Below, piece after piece: positions 54,447 to 62,947 of a DNA stretch of 64,000 bases; within the stretch, counting starts at the first letter, position 1; each line of letters starts with the position of its first letter. The notes beneath the pieces are model-generated. The model saw only the letters and a program-made list of their open reading frames with translations, searched no databases and was not told the origin of the DNA. Source of the DNA: a virus (Duplodnaviria > Caudoviricetes); IMG/VR virus record IMGVR_UViG_3300032170_000128, positions 3,072 to 67,071 of that record; one strand, given 5' to 3'. Position numbers and translations under genes: made by a program.

Positions 54447-56279
54447 TCACATAAGCTCCATCTGATAGCCGACTTGGGCTATCCTTTTCTCGGCCATCTC
54501 GCAGTATTCTTTTTTTATATCTATCAGGATGAACCGCCTGCCAAACTTCTTGGCGACAACTCCGACTGTCCCAGCCCCGCAGAAGGGGTCAAGGACTATG
54601 CCAGGTTCAAAGCCAGCATCACAATTACAGGAAGTCCAGCCGATGGTTTTATCTGGATTCATTGCTTTAAATTCTGCATGTTTTTTACCGCTTAAAACTT
54701 TCCTTCTTCCCGTATCAGTTGCAATATGACCAGATGATTTTCGTCGACCTTGATCATCAATGTTATTTTCAGGGTCTGGATATCCAGTTTTTTCAACTAT
54801 TCTTACCCTCGCCTTCCCGCATTTTTTACATACCTGCTCTGGACATCCTGCCTTTATCGGCTTCTCGCACAGCTTTTCAGGGAAGACGGCGAAATGAGCC
54901 TCGGGAAAGGGTTGGGTGTTTGTTGACCAAAAATCCCCAGGATTTTTGCCCCTTGGCGGACACCAGCGAGGATCCTTTTGACAGGCTGCACCGCCACCTT
55001 TCGGATGGCCTGTCCATCCCTGTCCGCCAGGGACTTTTACTGCACCGCTATGTCCAGTGATCGCCCCGTAAGTCCTTGTTTCTGCTCCTATCTTAAATAT
55101 ATCACCTGGATTTTTGCCCTTTTCAAAATCTACAATTGGAGAACCGTCTTTTCTAAACCACCCGGCATGGTCTCGAGCAATAGATTGACTTTCTTGACCG
55201 GGGACTTCATTCCATTTTCTTTCTGCTTTGATAACATCGCCGGGATTTTTGCCTGCGGGATTTGGCCATCTTTCATGTTTACCTATTTGCATATCTTTTG
55301 GTCCGCCTTTGTATAAAGTGTCTTTTCTCCCGTCGTATTTATGTGGCTCTCTCACCGCATCCAAATCAAAGTAATAATCATGTGCGGTCCAGAGAGAGAC
55401 TTTTTTGAGCTTTGATTTACCGTAAGTTTCTTTTTCTTTCTCAGTGGCTTTTTGCAGGAATCTTTCTTTATCTGCATCTCTAACTCTGACATTGAATACA
55501 TTTTCATTAACTACCCCAACCTTTTTCCATTCCCAGTCTATTCCTTCTTTCCCTTTTATCCCTAAAGGCTTCTTAGTAACGAGCTGTAGTGTCTTTTTAT
55601 TTGTCCAGTAAACAGGCCTATCGCTTTTAACGAAAAGAAAAATGTATTCCCATCGGTTGCTGAACCTGTCTTTAACCGATGAGGGCATGGCATTAGGCTT
55701 GAACCAAATAATCTTATTTCTGAATATCCAGCCATTCTGGATGAGCGACCATGCGAGGCGTTCGGGGATCATACAGAGGCATTTGGGAGGAAGTTTCGTT
55801 TCGCCTTGTTTATACCGCGATTGTCCTTCTCGCAATCCACCATTGTTATAATCTCCTCCAGCCCCACCAGACCCCCCATAAGTATCTCCAATATTTAGCC
55901 ATAGACTTCCTTCTTTCTTCAGCACTCGTTTGACCTCATTGAATATCTCTGTCATATGTTCGATATACATGTCGACTGTCGGCTCAAGTCCGAGCTGTCC
56001 GCGCCAAGCTTGGCATTTGAGGCAAATATTTCCCATTTCTGGATTAAGGCAATTAGGCATAGAATTTTTTGGGTCTCGCAACCTTTGGCTTGACTTGCCA
56101 CATCCATTCCACTCATGTTCACAATTCTTATCTCCTCCGAATACCTGCTCGATTCCGTAGTCGCGGAGGCCCCAATAAGGAGGACTGGTCATACACATAT
56201 CTATTGACTCGGCAGGCCGGGATTTCATCACTTCCAGTGCATCCCCGCAGACAATCTGATTAATCGGCAATTCTTTCAT
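54447..56279 (-). CDS. N4-cytosine/N6-adenine DNA methyltransferase, beta class (610 aa)
   Basis: TSPPYWGLRDY (motif IV), GSLWLNIGD, HFAVFP, VLDPFCGAGT (motif I). Confidence 0.92.
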   Translation of the reverse strand: MKELPINQIVCGDALEVMKSRPAESIDMCMTSPPYWGLRDYGIEQVFGGDKNCEHEWNGCGKSSQRLRDPKNSMPNCLNPEMGNICLKCQAWRGQLGLEPTVDMYIEHMTEIFNEVKRVLKKEGSLWLNIGDTYGGSGGAGGDYNNGGLREGQSRYKQGETKLPPKCLCMIPERLAWSLIQNGWIFRNKIIWFKPNAMPSSVKDRFSNRWEYIFLFVKSDRPVYWTNKKTLQLVTKKPLGIKGKEGIDWEWKKVGVVNENVFNVRVRDADKERFLQKATEKEKETYGKSKLKKVSLWTAHDYYFDLDAVREPHKYDGRKDTLYKGGPKDMQIGKHERWPNPAGKNPGDVIKAERKWNEVPGQESQSIARDHAGWFRKDGSPIVDFEKGKNPGDIFKIGAETRTYGAITGHSGAVKVPGGQGWTGHPKGGGAACQKDPRWCPPRGKNPGDFWSTNTQPFPEAHFAVFPEKLCEKPIKAGCPEQVCKKCGKARVRIVEKTGYPDPENNIDDQGRRKSSGHIATDTGRRKVLSGKKHAEFKAMNPDKTIGWTSCNCDAGFEPGIVLDPFCGAGTVGVVAKKFGRRFILIDIKKEYCEMAEKRIAQVGYQMELM

Positions 56280-57459
56280 TCTCTATCCATGCTATTCTCT
56301 TTAAGATTTCATAAGCTATTTGTGGCACGATTGCGTTTCCGAGTGCTTTGAGCCTTGCGACCCGATGTGAGTGAATCCAAGCGGGAAGCCCATCATCCAC
56401 TCGACAAAAGCGGGTTGCAACTTCATGCCAGTCTTCTTGCCAAGCGTTGTCTGTAAATCTTTTCCTCCCTGTCCATGTTCGCCCGGACCGCTTGCATTCT
56501 GTGCCTTCGGGGTCGGGAGCATATTGATTGCCAAAGACAACGGCGGGGTTGATACTCCGCCCTGTTTTTTCCGCACCTCCCACGTCACTCTGTTTTCGTG
56601 CGTCATCTTGCTTGCCCTCGGAGTCGGGAGCAGTCCCTTTTGAATTACCGTCTCCAAAGTCCTGTCTTTTTGAGACTTGCTTTTCATATTCAGTTCTTTT
56701 CCTGGCCCCCTCCTGCCGTCCCAGGCATTGGGAGTTGGGAGCATCGCTATTTGTTGAGTCAAGCCGACCTGTGCCAATTTCCCCGTCTCTCTGTCGTATG
56801 CCCTCTCGCCTATTTTTGCGGGCTTGCCCTTTTTTGTCATCAGTCGTTCTGTTTTCACTCCTGGCTCTTGTCCTGATGGAGTATGCAATAATCCAGACTC
56901 TATTCCTTCTATGCGGGGCATTGAGGCCACAAGCTGGAATAATAAATGTCCCCGTGGAGTAACCTTCGCCTTCCAAATCAGCAAGCACCGTGTCGAGTGC
57001 CATTCTGAAGATTCCAGGCACATTCTCAGCAAGAATCCAACGGGGTTTTGCCTCGTTAATAACCCGGAGCATTTCCGGCCAGAGGTAACGGTCATCCTCC
57101 TTGCCTGTTCTTGGCCCGGCAACAGAGAAAGGCTGGCAGGGGAAGCCCCCGGTAAGGAGAGTTGTGCCTCGCCATTTCGTTCCGTCGAAGTCTCGGATTT
57201 CTGGAATAAGTAATGGAGCCTTGTTGCTAAATGAGTTGATTTTTCTGGGCTTCTTCCCTTTGTTCTCGGCAACCCCATTTCTCCGTTCCATGCTTTCGGA
57301 GTCGGCAATAACTGCCCCGAATCTCTTCTGAAGGACTTTCTGGCAGAACTCTTCCTTTTCGCAGAAAACGATTGTCCTGAATCCTGCCCATTCTCCCGCG
57401 AGGGTGAAGCCCCCGATGCCGGAGAAGAGATCGATGTGCGTGAGTTCTTTTTCATTCAT
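56260..57459 (-). CDS. C5-cytosine DNA methyltransferase, main (alpha) chain
   Basis: DLFSGIGG (I), GGFPCQ (IV), ENVPG (VI), HRRNRVWI (VIII), RLKALGNAIVP (X). Confidence 0.9.
   Translation of the reverse strand: MNEKELTHIDLFSGIGGFTLAGEWAGFRTIVFCEKEEFCQKVLQKRFGAVIADSESMERRNGVAENKGKKPRKINSFSNKAPLLIPEIRDFDGTKWRGTTLLTGGFPCQPFSVAGPRTGKEDDRYLWPEMLRVINEAKPRWILAENVPGIFRMALDTVLADLEGEGYSTGTFIIPACGLNAPHRRNRVWIIAYSIRTRARSENRTTDDKKGQARKNRREGIRQRDGEIGTGRLDSTNSDAPNSQCLGRQEGARKRTEYEKQVSKRQDFGDGNSKGTAPDSEGKQDDARKQSDVGGAEKTGRSINPAVVFGNQYAPDPEGTECKRSGRTWTGRKRFTDNAWQEDWHEVATRFCRVDDGLPAWIHSHRVARLKALGNAIVPQIAYEILKRIAWIENERIAD
56316..57455 (-). CDS. Overlapping alternative-frame (beta) chain of the C5 methyltransferase
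   Basis: 379 codons open in a second frame on the same strand; LPTP repeats and LQPAFVEWMMGFP (motif IX-like); true start uncertain. Confidence 0.7.
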   Translation of the reverse strand: MKKNSRTSISSPASGASPSRENGQDSGQSFSAKRKSSARKSFRRDSGQLLPTPKAWNGEMGLPRTKGRSPEKSTHLATRLHYLFQKSETSTERNGEAQLSLPGASPASLSLLPGQEQARRMTVTSGRKCSGLLTRQNPVGFLLRMCLESSEWHSTRCLLIWKAKVTPRGHLLFQLVASMPRIEGIESGLLHTPSGQEPGVKTERLMTKKGKPAKIGERAYDRETGKLAQVGLTQQIAMLPTPNAWDGRRGPGKELNMKSKSQKDRTLETVIQKGLLPTPRASKMTHENRVTWEVRKKQGGVSTPPLSLAINMLPTPKAQNASGPGEHGQGGKDLQTTLGKKTGMKLQPAFVEWMMGFPLGFTHIGSQGSKHSETQSCHK

Positions 57460-57468
57460 GGCTCACAT

Positions 57469-57540
57469 AAAAAAAGGGAGGGGAGAGGAACAAAGGAGCA
57501 TGAAAGAACCTCTCCCGGGCATGCCTATGGACTCCTTGTT
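57469..57540 (-). terminator. Terminator/attenuator-like structure before the C5 MTase
   Basis: Minus strand GGGAGAGG/CCTCTCCC stem then T7 tract; AACAAGGAG upstream can pair with loop CTCCTTTGTT. Confidence 0.45.
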
Positions 57541-57793
57541 ATTTCCTAGGGGCATCTGGCATTATTCCGCCAGGGCCTTCAGCGGATGTTTCTGCCTCCT
57601 TCTTTTCAGGCTCAATAACCTCAAGCTGTCCAACATCAATGTATTCCACTTCTGACACTTTTCCATCTTTACCGACCTTCGCTTTTACTCCATACTGAAG
57701 GCATCCGCTCAAATATTTAATCTCTGAAACCACTGTGCCTTTAAAGCCTGTTACAATATCCCTCACTGTTGAACCTAATTGAATCTTATCCAT
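57539..57793 (-). CDS. Conserved small phage protein
   Basis: LGSTVRDIVTGFKG...YLSGC.QYGV pattern; AAGGAG RBS. Confidence 0.7.
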   Translation of the reverse strand: MDKIQLGSTVRDIVTGFKGTVVSEIKYLSGCLQYGVKAKVGKDGKVSEVEYIDVGQLEVIEPEKKEAETSAEGPGGIMPDAPRK

Positions 57794-57903
57794 ATTTTCT
57801 CCTTGTTAATTGGATTCGCTCACAGGGAAGGGGAGACCAGACATTACCGTCAAGCCATCGTTGGACGGCTTCGGATTTGGCGGTCTCGGTCTCCCCATGT
57901 TTT

Positions 57904-58113
57904 TCATGCGTCCTTTGGATCTCCCTGATGAATGGTCTCAATATTTGGTGGCAGATAATCGCCCCGTTCCTCCGTGTCCTCCCCGTCCTTCAGCTCATCC
58001 CTGAGGCCTTTCATTTTGGATCCCTCGTATGCCCTGCCCAAGAAGAAGAACACGGCACAGACAATTAAAATAAACAGAACACTCAATAGTCGCCATAGAA
58101 TTTCGGAACCCAT
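57904..58113 (-). CDS. Small membrane protein
   Basis: N-terminal TM helix. Confidence 0.6.
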   Translation of the reverse strand: MGSEILWRLLSVLFILIVCAVFFFLGRAYEGSKMKGLRDELKDGEDTEERGDYLPPNIETIHQGDPKDA

Positions 58114-58116
58114 TTT

Positions 58117-59199
58117 TCACTTCCCCTTGAAGAGCTGGCCTTCACCGCCTCCCGGTTCCCCCGGCATTTCCTTCTCCAGTTTGTTGTTCAAATCAGTGAT
58201 GGCGAGCTTGTAATCGTTTACGGTCTTCAGGCTTTTAATCCTCTTCATCTCATCGGTCGATAATGCGATTCCGTACTCTTCATATTTTTCCTTCAGGTTG
58301 TCCAAGTCCCGCTGTAGCACTTTGAGCTCGGTCTCCTCGAATGCCTTCTTTTCATCTATCGGGGTAGGGGACTTTGCTTTCTCGGACGGCTTTGCCTCAG
58401 CCTCAGCAACCTCCTCTTCCTCCTTCGACCAGCCACCCGGGGGATAGAATTGGTCGTCCTCCTCAAGGTCGGGAGAAGGTAGCAGTATTCGCGATGGTCT
58501 CACCTGTGCATATTCCAATAGTTGCTTGAGGGATGTGTTGGCTAAATCCAGCTTCAGCGTGTGATGTGTACTTGATTTGAGCTTTCCTTTCTCTGTCCGC
58601 GAAGCAGTCATCTCTTCCCTTTTGAGAACAAGAGGAATCATCTTTATCCTCTCGCACAGGGACCTGATGTATTCGATGCCACTGTTTATGTCGATGATGG
58701 AGTTTTTCGAGCTTGTGTTGATTTGCCACACGCCAGCACCCGGGACCTCGTAGAGCAAGAACTGAAGGAGAGCTTGGCGCATGCACCTTTTATTCTCCAG
58801 CTGCTCGCAGGGGCATGGAATTGTCCTGAAGCCATTCTTCTCCTCATCCCATGTCCTCGCATTGATTCCGTCCCCTATGCACTTCAGAACGCCGTATCCG
58901 TAGCGCATGTACCACTGCTGGAAGAAGACCTCCTCATTCTCGACCGGGAACATGATCGGCAACTCTTTGGGCTTCTCCCCGTAAATTGCCTGGACTTCGG
59001 GCGGGCAGACGAAGTAATCGACCTCTTTGGGCCTGAAGATATACCCCGTGCCTTCGCAGATACGGCAGGTCAACATGGGCTTCTTGTCGGGGTTCTTCTC
59101 CTTGCACTTGCAAGGAACTGTCGTTTTTTCTTTGATGCCTAGGCGAATTTTTCCAAGCCGGGGCAGACGCCTGCGTTTGGATAGCTCATTTATCGGCAT
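58117..59199 (-). CDS. Recombination directionality factor-like (Gp3-like) recombination protein
   Basis: RLPRLGKIRLG, PKEVDYFV, KC.GDG, CPC, GVWQINTSS pattern. Confidence 0.65.
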   Translation of the reverse strand: MPINELSKRRRLPRLGKIRLGIKEKTTVPCKCKEKNPDKKPMLTCRICEGTGYIFRPKEVDYFVCPPEVQAIYGEKPKELPIMFPVENEEVFFQQWYMRYGYGVLKCIGDGINARTWDEEKNGFRTIPCPCEQLENKRCMRQALLQFLLYEVPGAGVWQINTSSKNSIIDINSGIEYIRSLCERIKMIPLVLKREEMTASRTEKGKLKSSTHHTLKLDLANTSLKQLLEYAQVRPSRILLPSPDLEEDDQFYPPGGWSKEEEEVAEAEAKPSEKAKSPTPIDEKKAFEETELKVLQRDLDNLKEKYEEYGIALSTDEMKRIKSLKTVNDYKLAITDLNNKLEKEMPGEPGGGEGQLFKGK

Positions 59200-59716
59200 T
59201 GTCCATCTCCTTATGTTTGAAACGCTGGTATAAAGACTTTATTGTTCTTTTTACGATACCCAAATAATATTTAAAGATTCTTTTAATTCTGCGGACGACC
59301 CCCAGTTGCTCTGCCAGTTTTTTCAGCTTCGCCATGTCGTGCAAAGCCTCCCAGGAATCGTCAACCACTTCCTTGACCGTCCATTTTTTGCCGTTTGCCA
59401 GAGATTGAAGCTCTGGATATTTAAGATAATAGAATGCGCAATCGTCACAATGGCCGTAGTCCCATCCATACCACCAAAAACCTTTCGGTCTGAGCTTTCC
59501 GTCGCCTGCATCACCGAATGTCAATCCGCCATGGGCATCGACTGCCAAGTCTTCATAATGGAATCCGGCTAAAGGATGTGCTAAAGGGATGCCTGCGTAT
59601 GCACACAAAGCAGCCGGACCTCTCAGGACGATAAATCTTATCCCGTCTCGCATTTCATCGTGGTAAATGGTTCCGGTCTTGTCTTTGGCCATTTCATCGA
59701 AACTTTTATTTTCCAC
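59186..59716 (-). CDS. Conserved hypothetical protein (start revised)
   Basis: LCAYAGIP..HPL...HGGLTFG...WWYGWDYGHC pattern. Confidence 0.65.
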   Translation of the reverse strand: MENKSFDEMAKDKTGTIYHDEMRDGIRFIVLRGPAALCAYAGIPLAHPLAGFHYEDLAVDAHGGLTFGDAGDGKLRPKGFWWYGWDYGHCDDCAFYYLKYPELQSLANGKKWTVKEVVDDSWEALHDMAKLKKLAEQLGVVRRIKRIFKYYLGIVKRTIKSLYQRFKHKEMDNADK

Positions 59717-61139
59717 TGTCGTCCTGCTCTTTTTTCTCGAATTTTTTGAGTTTTGCGATTTTGAGATAGGGTTTGCTAAGCTTGTATTTTTTGACTTTCT
59801 CGAATATCCCCGCATCCACAAACTCGCGTGCTATGAGCTCCGTGACGAGCGTTCCCTTCACATCAGCCACCAGAGCGAAATCCTTTAGCCCGATTTTCTC
59901 GATCAGTGCTTCCTTGTCCCATACCGTTATCCTGCTTTGTCGCGGGACAAGGCCTTCGGTCTCGTCGATAGGGAACACTGGCTTCTTCTGCTCTTTGAGA
60001 TAGGTCAGGATGACCGGGGCGAGCTTATCTTTCTCTTGCCTGAGTTCGGACTCGAGTCTCAGGATCTCGTGTATCCTTTTGGCGTGGCTCTCCACGATTT
60101 CTCGGTCCGGCACCGGCACAGGCTCCAGCTCGGCCTCGCCCACTATGATCTCCGGGTACTCGAGCCAGCACCAGTCCTTCCACCGGCAGTAGGTGCATGG
60201 CACTGATGTCGGCTCGTATGGCTGCGGGGGCAGATAATGCTCCAAGATTACCTTCTCGTAAAGCCACTCCATGTATTCCACGCACTCCGCCTGCCTCGCT
60301 TTATCCGGCTGCACCATCCAGCTGAAATGCACCTCGTCCGTCTGCACTGCCCTGTCCCGGTTCATTATCCTCACGTTGCGTATCTTGATCTTCTTCGTCT
60401 CCAGGCGCTCGGAGCGTTTTGCGGCGAAGTGGTAGAGTTGAGCTTGGTTATAGGCATCCTGCCCTATCTCTTCGCAGGCATAAGGAAAGCGTGTCTTGTA
60501 TTCTGCGAGGTCGCAGATGCGCCATCCGTGATCCATGCCGACATTGATTAGCTGGTCGTAAGAACCCACGGCTCCGCAGTTCGGAAGCGTCAGATAACCC
60601 TCAGGCTTGTGTCCCACGCCACGGTCCTCGAGTCGGCGCTGGATGTTCCTATGATGCATGATGCCATCGCCGAAGAGGATGAGGCCCTTCACCGTATAAT
60701 CGCGTGCCCTGTGGGGGAAGAAAAACTTATAATGGACCATGCGCGGGCAGTCGTTGACATTGCCGAATTGGAGATTCTTTTGCCCGCTATCGCCTCTCTC
60801 TTTTAACGACTCGGAGCCATAGCCCGCCTCCTCGAGGTAAGATTTAGCCAGTGCTTCCGGGAGCTCATACTCGCGCTCGGCGAGCATCTTCTCCACGGGT
60901 TTCAGCACCATGAAAGGCCGACGTGCCTTCTCGGCTGCATCCTTCTGTGGTTTCAGCCGTCGCCGGATCTCTCTCACGCCATCCTTTTTCGGTTTTGTCG
61001 CCTTCTTCTTCGTCGCTGGCTTCTTCGCCTCCTTCTCGGCCTCGCGTCGCTGGAACTCGCGGATGTTCTCGTCTCGAGTCCTGCGGATCGACTCCTTAGA
61101 CTTGGGCGACCTCTTTTTCTTCACTGTGTTGACTCTCAT
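59706..61139 (-). CDS. Cas4-like PD-(D/E)xK exonuclease with Fe-S motif
   Basis: DCPR, G..HH, GSYD, EYKT, QAQLY, PCTYCRWKDWC (1+3 Cys). Confidence 0.75.
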   Translation of the reverse strand: MRVNTVKKKRSPKSKESIRRTRDENIREFQRREAEKEAKKPATKKKATKPKKDGVREIRRRLKPQKDAAEKARRPFMVLKPVEKMLAEREYELPEALAKSYLEEAGYGSESLKERGDSGQKNLQFGNVNDCPRMVHYKFFFPHRARDYTVKGLILFGDGIMHHRNIQRRLEDRGVGHKPEGYLTLPNCGAVGSYDQLINVGMDHGWRICDLAEYKTRFPYACEEIGQDAYNQAQLYHFAAKRSERLETKKIKIRNVRIMNRDRAVQTDEVHFSWMVQPDKARQAECVEYMEWLYEKVILEHYLPPQPYEPTSVPCTYCRWKDWCWLEYPEIIVGEAELEPVPVPDREIVESHAKRIHEILRLESELRQEKDKLAPVILTYLKEQKKPVFPIDETEGLVPRQSRITVWDKEALIEKIGLKDFALVADVKGTLVTELIAREFVDAGIFEKVKKYKLSKPYLKIAKLKKFEKKEQDDSGK

Positions 61140-61438
61140 TTCTTTCCTTCCTCAAATAGATGCCAGACAAGTGGAGGTTCAATGCTTTGCTGAGTAGTGC
61201 CGATATAATTCAATTCCACATCCTCTGGAATAGGACGACCAGTTCCCAATAGCCTGAAATTCCTTTCCTCGGTAATTTCCTCAAGTGTGTCAATAATTGC
61301 CCATACAACGGGAACTCCGTTCTGGGTTTGGAAGGAAAGAATTGTTGCATCTTTTGGCAATCGCAGACTACATCTATCAGTAAAGGGTATTCTGTACTTG
61401 TAGATTGATTTCATTCTTTCATCCTCCTCAGGGGACAT
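61136..61438 (-). CDS. Conserved small phage protein
   Basis: IYKY.IP...Q.G.P.VWA.ID...GTG...YIGT...VWHLFE; start likely at MKSIY. Confidence 0.7.
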   Translation of the reverse strand: MSPEEDERMKSIYKYRIPFTDRCSLRLPKDATILSFQTQNGVPVVWAIIDTLEEITEERNFRLLGTGRPIPEDVELNYIGTTQQSIEPPLVWHLFEEGKK

Positions 61439-61585
61439 TCGCCCTTAAACATGGGTAGCTCCCATCCTCGTTTTCATCTCCTCTCTGCGGAAACTTATCT
61501 TCTCCTCTTCCTCATCGGGACAGACCTTCTCATCCCTTTATCTAATATTCATGGTTGGCCCTCCTTGAAGACGGGCGGAAGCCCT

Positions 61586-61786
61586 TTAGTCTATCCTGGC
61601 TTTAGGATTGTCAGGATTATGGTTGTTGAGGAACTCATCGACCGCATTCTGGCTTACGAGAAATCCCTTGCCGATAAAGTAAACCTGAGAGAATTTTCCT
61701 TCCCTTATATATGTGCGAACAGTCGGTATGCAGCACTTGAGGATTCGGGCCACCTGTGCCGTTGTGAGAAGGCTATCCTGATTCAC
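61586..61786 (-). CDS. Excisionase-like HTH (HTH_17)
   Basis: LLTTAQVARILKC...TVRTYIREGK pattern. Confidence 0.8.
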   Translation of the reverse strand: MNQDSLLTTAQVARILKCCIPTVRTYIREGKFSQVYFIGKGFLVSQNAVDEFLNNHNPDNPKARID

Positions 61787-61959
61787 TGCTCCCCCAGAAG
61801 TTTTTTTATTTTGTAAACGGTTCTGTCATGTGACTTAACTTTCTCGTTAAGGAACTGCCAAACTGTTCTGGGATTCCTTTTAATGCGGTCGGCTACATCT
61901 TGGATAGTTAAGTCCCTTTCGGCCATGAAAAATTTTAATTTTTCTACCAGTTCGTTCAT
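61783..61959 (-). CDS. Cro-like HTH protein, 58 aa (not in ORF track)
   Basis: MNELVEKLKFFMAERDLTIQDVADRIKRNPRTVWQFLNEKVKSHDRTVYKIKKLLGEQ; divergent from repressor. Confidence 0.75.
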   Translation of the reverse strand: MNELVEKLKFFMAERDLTIQDVADRIKRNPRTVWQFLNEKVKSHDRTVYKIKKLLGEQ

Positions 61960-61973
61960 ATCGAAATATTAGC

Positions 61974-62002
61974 AATATATGTCTATAAAATAGTGCTGTC
62001 AA
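61974..62002 (-). promoter_or_regulatory. Early lytic (cro) promoter
   Basis: Minus strand TTGACA-17 nt-TATATT. Confidence 0.7.
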
Positions 62003-62070
62003 GACTTTTTTTGAATTTTTCCGATTAATTAAATATTTATCTCTTTTTTTTAGATTTGTTTCGATTTTTA

Positions 62071-62099
62071 TTGACTTTTATTTTTATTCATGGTATAAA
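62071..62099 (+). promoter_or_regulatory. Repressor promoter
   Basis: TTGACT-17 nt-TATAAA with extended -10 TG; nearly leaderless to ATG 62109. Confidence 0.75.
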
Positions 62100-62108
62100 A
62101 ATACTCAA

Positions 62109-62438
62109 ATGGGCGAAAAAGAAGTCTTAGTCTTAGCGCAAAATTTAAAGCGCCATAGGCAGTCAAAAGGGTTGACGCAGAAAGAGCTCGGTCTAAAAGT
62201 GGGGTTGACTAAAGACACCATTTCCAAGCTCGAATTGGGGAAGCAAGAAAACGTTGGCTTGAAATACCTAACTTTAATCTGCCAAGAGCTGGACATCAGC
62301 ATGGAAGAACTTTTTATAAAAGATTTCAAATATATCCCCTTCAAACTGGTAGTCTCAGATGAAAATGTCGAGACCTTAAAAGCTCTACTCAAACAAATAT
62401 CATATGCTTTGAGTAAAATCGGTGAGGAGGAGGGTTAA
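62109..62438 (+). CDS. XRE-family phage repressor (CI-like)
   Basis: LKRHRQSKGLTQKELGLKVGLTKDTISKLELG HTH. Confidence 0.88.
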   Translation: MGEKEVLVLAQNLKRHRQSKGLTQKELGLKVGLTKDTISKLELGKQENVGLKYLTLICQELDISMEELFIKDFKYIPFKLVVSDENVETLKALLKQISYALSKIGEEEG

Positions 62439-62444
62439 AGAAGA

Positions 62445-62843
62445 ATGAAAAGGCCTTTGGAACCTAGCGCTAAGAAGACTCATAAGTTTCGCCCAGAATT
62501 TATGCCGTCGAGGGGAGTTAGCGATAAAAAAATTCTGGGAATAACAAATAGCAAAGTTGCTAAACATTATAGGGAGATATATCTAGAAGAAAATAAAAAT
62601 TTGCCAGAAGGAATCAAAAAGGCAATCCATGATGGCAATGTCGTTGTCGGCATGATCCGAGGGCAGGTAATTGCGGGTCGCGGCAGTCCTTATAAGATAA
62701 ACAAGACAACAACGGCCTCCGGAGTCTACGAACAATGGATCATGTATCCTTCTTCCGGACCCGTTCATAGTAGCCGAAAAGACAAAGAATACGGATATAT
62801 CTATTTCAAAAACGGAAAAGTATCAGGCTGGCAATCCTGGTAA
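62445..62843 (+). CDS. Hypothetical protein in immunity operon
   Basis: GGAGGAGG RBS; C-terminal EQWIMY...YIYFKNGKVSGWQ beta hairpin. Confidence 0.7.
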   Translation: MKRPLEPSAKKTHKFRPEFMPSRGVSDKKILGITNSKVAKHYREIYLEENKNLPEGIKKAIHDGNVVVGMIRGQVIAGRGSPYKINKTTTASGVYEQWIMYPSSGPVHSSRKDKEYGYIYFKNGKVSGWQSW

Positions 62844-62947
62844 ATCTGGGCGGGGCAATTTTGTTAATCTACGGCTTTTGTAAGAGGCCGACATTTAGCA
62901 ATCATTTTAAAAATATTTAGTACCCACCCAAAAGACTGGAGGAAATA

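Noticed and set aside
59706-61139. CRISPR-Cas locus suggested by Cas4-like gene
   Set aside because: No repeat-spacer array or other cas genes; solo Cas4-like nucleases are common in phages.
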